From: Candidatus Tiamatella incendiivivens
GTDB lineage: Archaea; Thermoproteota; Thermoprotei_A; Sulfolobales; Acidilobaceae
NCBI GenBank assembly: GCA_015522635.1
Contig: WALW01000010.1
Coordinates: 14,640 to 78,639 of the forward strand
Reading direction: 5' to 3'
Length of the DNA stretch: 64,000 bases
In this document: piece by piece, positions 38,399-46,393 of the stretch
Position numbering within the stretch: position 1 is the stretch's first letter
Layout: every line of letters begins with the position of its first letter
Notes under the pieces: generated by a model
Databases searched by the model: none
Told to the model about the DNA's origin: nothing
The model's input: the letters and a program-made list of their open reading frames with translations, nothing else
Translations under genes and position numbers: made by a program

Positions 38399-39567
38399 CA
38401 TTGAGGAAACCCTTAGCCTTCAATTCCACTCCTTTCAATATTTTTCAGAATTCCAAGTTTAATTATAGTTCATCACTCCTTATACTGGGAGTACTATTCT
38501 ATCCCCTGCAAGCTTTCATAATCCCGCAATCCCTACCCATATGGCTAATTCAACCCGTGAATGCGTTGGTATGGTTCACGCTAGGGATCCTATCTATATT
38601 ATACCTTAGACAGTTGAAAATAACGTATACCACTTCATATACAATCATATCACTGATTAGTGGAGTAGTATACATGCTAATCTATTTCACCCTGGGATCT
38701 TTTATGGGAAGCATAGGCAGAAACCCTCTCGCACTAACACCCGTATCAATAGCTATTAACACAGTTTGGGCTATAAGCATAGGATTTGGAGCTGAGTCGT
38801 TTAGAGCAGTCCTTTTAGCATTAACTAAGAGGAAGTCACTCATGATAGGACTAACGTCTCTAATGTTCACTGCAGTAATGATACCATTAATGTCCATCCC
38901 CGAAAACATGATGACGGAAAATGCGGTGAAAATGGTTGGAGGAAAATTCCCAATATTTGCCATATTCTTGATAGCAGGGATCTTCAATTACATGGGAGGA
39001 CTCAATTCGGGTCTCGGATTTCTAACAGCCGCAATGCTAGGTAAAACCCTAATACCTGTGTTGCCTAATTTGAACTGGATAGAAGCTTCATTTACAGCTA
39101 TAATAGCTGTAATTACAGTCTACATAGTTGCCTCGAGGAGCTTTCCTTCAGTGGCAAGTGATATGGAGCGCTCCGATTACGGTAAGCTGATTCTAGGGCT
39201 TGTTTTCGTCGGCCTGATATGGCTTAGTAATGGTTTACTTGGATATCAAGTCGTTGTAGTAACGAGCGGTAGCATGAGGCCTGGGATCGATGTAGGTGAC
39301 CTAGCGATAGTTAAGCTATCTCAAAGCGACTATTCTGCTGGAGATGTTATCCTCTTTAGAATGAATAATGGATATGTGTTACATAGAATACATGATGTAA
39401 GTAAGGTAGATGGAGCAACGTATATTCATACAATAGGAGATGCTAACGGAGAAGTTGATCCGTGGGAAGTGAGTTCGAACCAAGTTGTTGGCAATATGAT
39501 TTTCAAGGTACCAAAGCTTGGCTGGCTAACTATATGGTTTAAGAATTTAGCTTCGAGGTTTGCCTAA
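38389..39567 (+). CDS. Polytopic membrane domain (~8 TM) fused to a Sec11/SipW-type signal peptidase I domain
   Basis: The C-terminal ~125 aa read VVTSGSMRPGIDVGDLAIV (Ser box), GYVLHRIH (His box), GDANGEVDPW. The N-terminal ~260 aa are hydrophobic, with no recognisable catalytic motif and no His at all. It overlaps the upstream gene by 10 nt. Confidence 0.75.
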   Translation: MGITLRKPLAFNSTPFNIFQNSKFNYSSSLLILGVLFYPLQAFIIPQSLPIWLIQPVNALVWFTLGILSILYLRQLKITYTTSYTIISLISGVVYMLIYFTLGSFMGSIGRNPLALTPVSIAINTVWAISIGFGAESFRAVLLALTKRKSLMIGLTSLMFTAVMIPLMSIPENMMTENAVKMVGGKFPIFAIFLIAGIFNYMGGLNSGLGFLTAAMLGKTLIPVLPNLNWIEASFTAIIAVITVYIVASRSFPSVASDMERSDYGKLILGLVFVGLIWLSNGLLGYQVVVVTSGSMRPGIDVGDLAIVKLSQSDYSAGDVILFRMNNGYVLHRIHDVSKVDGATYIHTIGDANGEVDPWEVSSNQVVGNMIFKVPKLGWLTIWFKNLASRFA

Positions 39568-39648
39568 CACGTAATAATAATGCTATAAATATATTTATAA
39601 TGGTTAAATGATAAGTTTTATTAACCATATATTCGGAGGAGCGCATAA

Positions 39649-41034
39649 TTGAATAAATATATTCGAAATTCGATTCTAGGCATTGTCCTAGTAATTACAA
39701 TCACCTCGTTACTCATGATATCTCAAGGTACAAATGCACAACAAGAAGCACAAACAGTAAGAGTAGACGTAGGAACATATCCAATAGATCTACCTGTAAT
39801 TGTTGATGGGGTAATATACACTCCCAGTAAGACAGGTAGACCAGTCTTCTACTGGGACATAGGTAGCGTACACACAATTAGAATAGTGGAACCTGTGTAC
39901 TACGCTGCACCTGGTGCCCGTGTAGTATTTAAAGGATGGAACACCGGTGACACAGGAAAACAACTAACGATAAACGTAACTAGAACAATCTCAATCATAG
40001 GCTTATACCAGCGCCAATACTTCATCGAGGTAACCTCAACATACGGCAACCCTACAGGCTCAGGGTGGTATTCTGAGGGAGCAAGAGTCAATATGAGTGT
40101 GGAAAAGATATTTCCACTAGATCTAGGAGTCAGAGCTGTATTCAAACAATGGACAGGTGGAATAACACCTGAAAATCCTACCAACTTTGTATATGCATTC
40201 GCACCAACTACTATTAAAGCACAATGGACCATAGAATACTATGTAAACCTAACCTCCAACGTGAATGCTAGTCTATCTGGTTCAGGATGGTATGAGAAAG
40301 GGAAGGTTATCAGAATAAATGCTCAAGACAAAGTTAACAAGGACGATAATACGCAATACAGATTTTCTGACTGGAAAGTAGTTAAGGGGAACATAGTTCT
40401 CGATTCGCCTAATAAAAGACAGCAGCTCATATCAGTAAACGAGCCTGTAATGCTGGAAGCCGAATATGACACATACTATTTAGTTAAAGTGCTTTCACCG
40501 TATGGAGCACCACAGCCCCCCGAATACTATAAGAAAGGATCACAAATTCTAATCAACCTAGAGTCTCCAGCTGAGATCAATTCTGGTGTAAGGAAGATCT
40601 TCGTGAAATGGAATACTGGAAGTAAAGCATTACCGTTGAAGATAACTGTAGATAAACCGTTGACATTGGCAGCTATATGGAAGACACAGTACAAGCTAGT
40701 TATTGATTCTAAAGTACCAGCTGTATCAGGTGATGGATGGTATGATGAGAACAGTAAGGCCAAGATCACAGCATACGAGAGTGCCCCATCGAAATTCGGT
40801 TCTAAATACTTGTTCAAGGGGTGGCAGGGAGATTATAAGAGCCTATCAACAACAGGAACTGTTCTAATGGATTCACCCAAGCATATTGTAGCAGTTTGGG
40901 AGAAAAGCTATGCAGGAACCTATGTAAGTATAATAATAGCGGTAGCAGTGATACTGGGATTCTACTATGGATACAAGAGATTTCTATTGCCACGGATTAC
41001 TAAGCATAACGAGGAAATTGAGCCGGTAGAATAG
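39649..41034 (+). CDS. Surface protein: signal peptide, five tandem ~75-90-aa repeats (divergent InlB B-repeat-like), C-terminal TM anchor
   Basis: Repeat landmarks are Y-x-[VL]-x-V...GSGWY-x-x-G...F-K-x-W-x-G: YGNPTGSGWYSEGARV/FKQWTGG, SGSGWYEKGKVI/FSDWKVV, PEYYKKGSQI/FVKWNTG, SGDGWYDENSKA/FKGWQGD. The anchor is YVSIIIAVAVILGFYYGYKRF. Confidence 0.7.
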   Translation: MNKYIRNSILGIVLVITITSLLMISQGTNAQQEAQTVRVDVGTYPIDLPVIVDGVIYTPSKTGRPVFYWDIGSVHTIRIVEPVYYAAPGARVVFKGWNTGDTGKQLTINVTRTISIIGLYQRQYFIEVTSTYGNPTGSGWYSEGARVNMSVEKIFPLDLGVRAVFKQWTGGITPENPTNFVYAFAPTTIKAQWTIEYYVNLTSNVNASLSGSGWYEKGKVIRINAQDKVNKDDNTQYRFSDWKVVKGNIVLDSPNKRQQLISVNEPVMLEAEYDTYYLVKVLSPYGAPQPPEYYKKGSQILINLESPAEINSGVRKIFVKWNTGSKALPLKITVDKPLTLAAIWKTQYKLVIDSKVPAVSGDGWYDENSKAKITAYESAPSKFGSKYLFKGWQGDYKSLSTTGTVLMDSPKHIVAVWEKSYAGTYVSIIIAVAVILGFYYGYKRFLLPRITKHNEEIEPVE

Positions 41035-41038
41035 TGAA

Positions 41039-41395
41039 TCATGTACTCATATCTCCTAGCATCCTTGAACCAATTGTGTATCCTTTTTCTGTGAGCCTAT
41101 AAAGCTTTAGATTGTTTCTAACATAAGCTACTTCTATGAAGCCAGCTGCAACCAATCCTTCAAGGTATTTGATAACATTTTTATGATTCATGTTCACATT
41201 TCTAGCTATCCTTCTCACTGTAAATAAATCAGTTTTTCTATGGTTGTTCATGAATTCTATTATTCTAAGGTAAGGGGTACCCTTGAATAACTCTATTACT
41301 GCAAGTAAGCATGATAATACATGCGTCTCCTTACGGCGCGCGTTTTCAGGAGCCGCTGTCTCATTACATGTAACGTTTAAGTCTATAGTGTTCAA
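41039..41395 (-). CDS. Winged-helix transcriptional regulator (ArsR/MarR-like)
   Basis: 118 aa. RIIEFMNNHRKTDLFTVRRIARNVNMNHKNVIKYLEGLVAAGFIEV followed by a wing YRLTEKG. Convergent with the pilus-like locus. Confidence 0.5.
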   Translation of the reverse strand: MNTIDLNVTCNETAAPENARRKETHVLSCLLAVIELFKGTPYLRIIEFMNNHRKTDLFTVRRIARNVNMNHKNVIKYLEGLVAAGFIEVAYVRNNLKLYRLTEKGYTIGSRMLGDMST

Positions 41396-41824
41396 AATTA
41401 TTACCCCTATGATCGTATATACACGCTAGGACTAAATAAATCATATATAAAATATGTTAATATACATAAACAACTTATATATTGTTAATATATAAAAATT
41501 ATTCATCTATTGAGAACTTGGGAGAAAAGTTTAAAACGAACAGTCAATTAAAAGAATTCTATCAATGCTAGCACAATCATTCCTTCATCCAAACTTGTAC
41601 TCTCAAGATCTTGCTTAAGAAAAATTACAAGAATATTGGGAATACGAACTAAATACATTGTATTACTAATCATATCGCTCATCTATTGAAAACACAGACA
41701 TACATCAATAAACTAGAGGGGGATGACAGAGTCACAAGTTAACAACAGTATTACATTAACTAATATCTTACAGGTAGGTTAAAGAAAGAATACAATAATG
41801 GAGACTGAAATATATAGAAACGAA

Positions 41825-43027
41825 CTAGGATGATTTTACTTCAGGCTTCAATATAATGTAGAGATAATAGATTGCTGATCCAATAAGGAAGGTCATAAAC
41901 CCTGTCGTTAACATCATCACTCCCCGCAGTGTTGCCAGTTGGTTAACGTTTTCTAGAGATAACACTTGAGCTAATACAGGAACCAAGTTCTTAGGAACTA
42001 TCGCTAAGACCCTGGGATCCGTTAGATCCGCAATGAAATATGGGTATTGGCTAAATGCATTTAGATACTCGCCTATTAAAACAGTAAACAGTGCAATCCC
42101 TCCGCCAAATAACATCCACTTACTGATTCCAGCATCCAATGATCCTTTTCTAATAGCGTTATATGCTCCGATGATGATCACGAACTGAATTGCTACAAGG
42201 ATCACCTTGAATATAAATAGCCAGCTCATGTCATAGTGTACTATTCCATCTCCTACCTTCCATCCTAGATTAGCGAAAATGTTGTTAAACTTGTATGCAA
42301 CATTTTGAAGTGAAAACGCGTACCATAGCCCTAGGAACGCCATTATTATTAGGCCAAGTAATACATATGGTACTGTTTTCTTAACGAATAATAGAGAAAC
42401 TCTCTTCATTTCTTCATCGCTTGATTTTACGTATCTATAAGCATATGCTGATGCCAACGCAAATGTCCCAGCAGTAAGAGCTCCTATAATACTCTTCAGA
42501 TATAATGGTGGTAACGTGGGATTAGCGAGAGCCTTCATTAAATCGAGCCTAGGTACACCGTCTTCGAAGTATAATCCTTGTGGAGTGTTAAGGAAGGCGA
42601 AAACAGCTCTAAAACCGAGAGGTATCAGTAAAAACGTCAATGCCATAAAGAACCCTATACTCAAATGAGTACTAGGAGCCCACCTATCCCAGCCATAGTA
42701 GAATGCTGCTATAGTGAAGAAATTGAGAACTATAGACAATATTGCTATGGCAAATGGTGACATTGCTATATTACCGGCCAGTCCTATGAAACCAGGATAA
42801 AAACTCAGTAGGAACACGGTGAAAGCAGTAGCAAATACTCCGGCTAGAGCATAAGTTGCCGCAAGCATCCTAGTTAATTCTCTTGCAACACGCTCTAACC
42901 CCTTATCATCCTCCTTAAGCGACCTCCACCTAAGATACGGTGCAAGTATTCCAAGTGTTATGCCCATGTTGACAAGGACGATGTGGAACCCGAAGACAAA
43001 GGCCAGCCAGAATACAGACTCCATCAC
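41825..43027 (-). CDS. Cytochrome bd-family oxidase second subunit, CydA-like paralogue (CydA')
   Basis: 400 aa. FHIVLVNMGITLG and YYGWDRW mirror the HWAILQYVLGLP and YYGWNRF blocks of the upstream subunit. No GR-x-PW C-terminal motif. 4-nt overlap with cydA. Confidence 0.65.
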   Translation of the reverse strand: MMESVFWLAFVFGFHIVLVNMGITLGILAPYLRWRSLKEDDKGLERVARELTRMLAATYALAGVFATAFTVFLLSFYPGFIGLAGNIAMSPFAIAILSIVLNFFTIAAFYYGWDRWAPSTHLSIGFFMALTFLLIPLGFRAVFAFLNTPQGLYFEDGVPRLDLMKALANPTLPPLYLKSIIGALTAGTFALASAYAYRYVKSSDEEMKRVSLLFVKKTVPYVLLGLIIMAFLGLWYAFSLQNVAYKFNNIFANLGWKVGDGIVHYDMSWLFIFKVILVAIQFVIIIGAYNAIRKGSLDAGISKWMLFGGGIALFTVLIGEYLNAFSQYPYFIADLTDPRVLAIVPKNLVPVLAQVLSLENVNQLATLRGVMMLTTGFMTFLIGSAIYYLYIILKPEVKSS

Positions 43028-44697
43028 TTGGCCAGCACCTCCTTACTACTAGGTACCCACAGTATTCTCCACACTGCATATACTAGTATTGTTAACATTG
43101 CAACGAAGTAAAGCGCTACTAACACCACCTCCCATACGGGGGCAGGGTTAAATGTATGGGCTACATCAGGTGTCATAATACCATATATAGTCCATGGTTT
43201 TCTACCGATCTCTCTGACTGCCCAACCAAGATATGATACTAGTTGGACTACAATTATACCTACTAGTCCAAGCTTATATAACCACCTAGATGTCCTTGTC
43301 TCTTTATTTCTCCACGCATAATAAGCTATTCCGAGTCCATAGAATCCTAATAGTATTGCTAGAAATATCTTAGTATAATAGAGGTAGTGAACTAGTATAG
43401 GCGGTTTGCATGTATGGATTGCTGGATTCGTGGCTGCCTTGAATTGGCAATAATTGGGATCAATAGTATCATAGTTTGGCATGTGAGCATTCGTAGAACC
43501 GTAAGCTAGGAACTCCATGAACTTGTCCAGATGGAATGTACGGGTTATACTAAAGTGCTGAGTTGTCACTCCTTCTATAGCAGAGAGTTTCTCTGGATTG
43601 TAGTGTGCAATAACTGACCCCATTTCGTGGCCGAATACGAAGCCTTGGAGTGCTATGGCTATTACAGCAAAATATGCTGAATACTTCAGAAACTTCTTAG
43701 CATATTTCTTGTATTCCCCGTTTTCTATTTTGCCTGTAAGCCTGAACGCGTAGACTCCCATAACAGTGAAGCTAGACGTGGTTAACGCAGCTCCTATAGC
43801 ATGCATAATGCTTGCTGCATACACTGGGGACTCGAACGTGACCTTATAGACTCCTTCACGGTCAATCGTGTTGGTGAGTATCTTATCTACTATTACCTTT
43901 ACAGGAGTATTTAGCAAATTATTCAATTGATCCTGACTCATATGAGATACTGTTGTCTTGTTTACAACTATCATTAGGATACTATCCTTGACTCTCACAC
44001 CATGCCAGGATTCCCACGCCAGTCTTTGAACTATTCTTACAGGCATTTGAACCACGATGCTGTCCTGCGTTGCTCCAGAAACGGTCATGCCTAATTTCAT
44101 TAGTGTCGTTATATTCAATAATGGTACCATGTCGTCGGGGACGTAGAGGTCTAGCTTCGGGTATCCCTGTGAATATAACCATTGACCGGTAGCCGGGTCA
44201 TATGCTGGGTGTATACCAGTTGGAGCCACCATATACGCATTAACACTCACTATCTGCGTCCCAGAGAACCATGCACCGCTGAATGCTAAGAGAGCTACTA
44301 TAACTAGTGCCCATGGTTTAAACCTATTCCACCCGTAGTAGAGCATGTAAACGAATATTACTTCCATCATGAAGGCGAAGATTTCAACATATAAAGGGAA
44401 GTAGATATATCTTCCAGCAGCCTCTGTTAGGTTGGGCCATAATAGTAGTAACCCGAACTCTGCCCCTGTACCTGTAGCTGCTCCAACTGCAAATACTAGT
44501 ATGAATCCTTTCGTTAGTGTTAGCGCTATCTTCTTCCATGTTTCATCTTTCTTTATCGCGTATATTACTAGTGATATGAATGCCATGAACGGTAGTCCGA
44601 GGACGTACTGGAGAATTGCCCAGTGGACTTCAATCCCTATCATTGATAAGACTCTATCGGAAGCTGCAGGATAGCTTAGCCATTGGCCTATAACCAC
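43024..44697 (-). CDS. cydA: Cytochrome bd-type quinol oxidase subunit I
   Basis: 557 aa with His in TM1 (VHWAIL), GAEFG, EVIFVYMLYYGWNRF, SIMHAIGAAL, GHEMG, REIGRKPWTIYG. Recognised by comparison with E. coli CydA as remembered. Confidence 0.8.
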   Translation of the reverse strand: MVIGQWLSYPAASDRVLSMIGIEVHWAILQYVLGLPFMAFISLVIYAIKKDETWKKIALTLTKGFILVFAVGAATGTGAEFGLLLLWPNLTEAAGRYIYFPLYVEIFAFMMEVIFVYMLYYGWNRFKPWALVIVALLAFSGAWFSGTQIVSVNAYMVAPTGIHPAYDPATGQWLYSQGYPKLDLYVPDDMVPLLNITTLMKLGMTVSGATQDSIVVQMPVRIVQRLAWESWHGVRVKDSILMIVVNKTTVSHMSQDQLNNLLNTPVKVIVDKILTNTIDREGVYKVTFESPVYAASIMHAIGAALTTSSFTVMGVYAFRLTGKIENGEYKKYAKKFLKYSAYFAVIAIALQGFVFGHEMGSVIAHYNPEKLSAIEGVTTQHFSITRTFHLDKFMEFLAYGSTNAHMPNYDTIDPNYCQFKAATNPAIHTCKPPILVHYLYYTKIFLAILLGFYGLGIAYYAWRNKETRTSRWLYKLGLVGIIVVQLVSYLGWAVREIGRKPWTIYGIMTPDVAHTFNPAPVWEVVLVALYFVAMLTILVYAVWRILWVPSSKEVLAK

Positions 44698-44849
44698 GAG
44701 TTACACCTCTCCTTTATAACTCTTGGTATAGAAAGCTCTGTTTATAATATATGGCATGGCGGTTATATATAAAAATTGTTATATGGTAAAATTATTTTAT
44801 TTTAATATAAACTCTGAAATAATGTTATTAGTTAATACAATATATAAAG

Positions 44850-45623
44850 TTAAAAATTCTTACAAACAACAGTAAAACCTCTAAGCAGCCAAGAATCATT
44901 CATGTACTTGCACTTGGAAAGCTCCTCAGCTTCTAACAATACATCTTCTCTTAAATCATACGTCATACCACAATAATTAAACACGGAATCAATCACGTCA
45001 AGTATCCTAATCCTAGGGTTAACCCAAGCTAAATTACCTGGGTTATACTTAACAGGATCAACTCGCCCTCCCTTACTAGGATCCCCTGGAAAAACTAGAA
45101 CCTCTCTCATGAGATCTATGTCAGAGGATACAAGCATGGTCCCATGAAATAACCATCCAAGCCTATCAGAATATGAAGCTGCACCAGAGACCTTATACCT
45201 CTCCACAATAACATCATTACCGTTTCTGATACCAGCTGAAAAGCCGAGATCACTGAGAACGCTAGTTAGGAGTGATAGGCCCTCATTCATTATACTCGAA
45301 ACACTAGTAAACCCCGATGCACTATGGTAAATAGAGAAGTTCATGTTGCCAAAATCATGGAAAACCGTTCCACCCCCCGAGATCCTCCTGGTAACAGGAA
45401 TGCCATGTTCCTTAACTGCCTCCAGATTTACATCCTTCTCAATATTAGAGAATCTTCCTAGGACAATAACAGGAGGGTCAATCCATATTCTGAGCAAAGG
45501 TGAAGGCAGAATACCTTTCTTCACAGAATAAACTAATACCTCCTCTAATGCAATATTAGTTAAAGGACTCCTGCTGACGCTTTCCCTATCTACTATACAT
45601 GAGTACAAGGTATTCTTTGTCAT
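44850..45623 (-). CDS. Lipoate-protein ligase/octanoyltransferase family protein (LplA/LipM/LipL-like), paralogue 2
   Basis: VIVLGRFSNIEKDVN, RRISGGGTVFHDFGNMNFS, ERYKVSGAA (catalytic Lys block). 257 aa comprising the catalytic domain only. Confidence 0.7.
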   Translation of the reverse strand: MTKNTLYSCIVDRESVSRSPLTNIALEEVLVYSVKKGILPSPLLRIWIDPPVIVLGRFSNIEKDVNLEAVKEHGIPVTRRISGGGTVFHDFGNMNFSIYHSASGFTSVSSIMNEGLSLLTSVLSDLGFSAGIRNGNDVIVERYKVSGAASYSDRLGWLFHGTMLVSSDIDLMREVLVFPGDPSKGGRVDPVKYNPGNLAWVNPRIRILDVIDSVFNYCGMTYDLREDVLLEAEELSKCKYMNDSWLLRGFTVVCKNF

Positions 45624-46393
45624 GGCCTGAAGAATCCTCTCTCAACTAGCAGCATAGCCTCTTCTATCTCAATGGGCTCATATGAAGCTGGCACAGCGGG
45701 TAGGCCCATTAGATTGGAGAACGATGTAATAATCGAGTTAATGAGATCTGGTATCCCAGCCCTGTATCCTAGGTCAAGTATACCTCCAACGAGACTGTTG
45801 ACCTCCTCTAAAGATGACCCTGTCTTGATCAATTTAACCCAGTTAAGCGGGTTGAAATGGAGCATTATTGAGCCATGCTGTAGTAATCCATTCTTACTCC
45901 TATACTGAGCGCTTCCCGATATTTTCCTCCCATCTAAAACTATATCTGCAAACCCTTTCTTTAGAAGGCAGATATTCTCCTCCCTATTCATACCCAAGAA
46001 ACCTTGCGGAGACGCTGGAATGCCTAGGGAGACCAGTGCTTCTATTAATGCTTCCGCTATCATGGACGATGACTCTTCCACGCTTGTCTGGTAGAGGTTT
46101 GACGATGGAGGTACTAAAAGGGAATACGTTATCTCCCCATATGTTTCGTGAATAAGAGCAGCCCCTCCTGTCGGGCGCTTAACTACTATATATCCTAGTT
46201 TATTCGCTTCACTTAAATCTACAACAGCATCTACTTCTTGCCTTCTGCCTATTGATATCCCGCTAGGGAGCCACTGATAGATCCTTAATACTGCTTCTCC
46301 CCTACGAGGCCTTGTCCTTAGGAGAGTGTAATCTAGAGCCATGTTCACTAAAGGATGCCTAGGCCCATCTATTATAATAGTCAAACTCTTCAA
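45620..46393 (-). CDS. Lipoate-protein ligase/octanoyltransferase family protein, paralogue 1
   Basis: LRIYQWLPSGISIGRRQ, KRPTGGAALIHETYGEITYS, DGRKISGSAQ. 257 aa, with 4-nt overlaps to both neighbours. Confidence 0.75.
   Translation of the reverse strand: MKSLTIIIDGPRHPLVNMALDYTLLRTRPRRGEAVLRIYQWLPSGISIGRRQEVDAVVDLSEANKLGYIVVKRPTGGAALIHETYGEITYSLLVPPSSNLYQTSVEESSSMIAEALIEALVSLGIPASPQGFLGMNREENICLLKKGFADIVLDGRKISGSAQYRSKNGLLQHGSIMLHFNPLNWVKLIKTGSSLEEVNSLVGGILDLGYRAGIPDLINSIITSFSNLMGLPAVPASYEPIEIEEAMLLVERGFFRP

Noticed and set aside
41700-41815. GGATGACAG ... GACTGAAA in the long AT-rich spacer as a C/D box sRNA
   Set aside because: The boxes are imperfect and ~90 nt apart, too long for archaeal C/D sRNAs, and there is no terminal stem.
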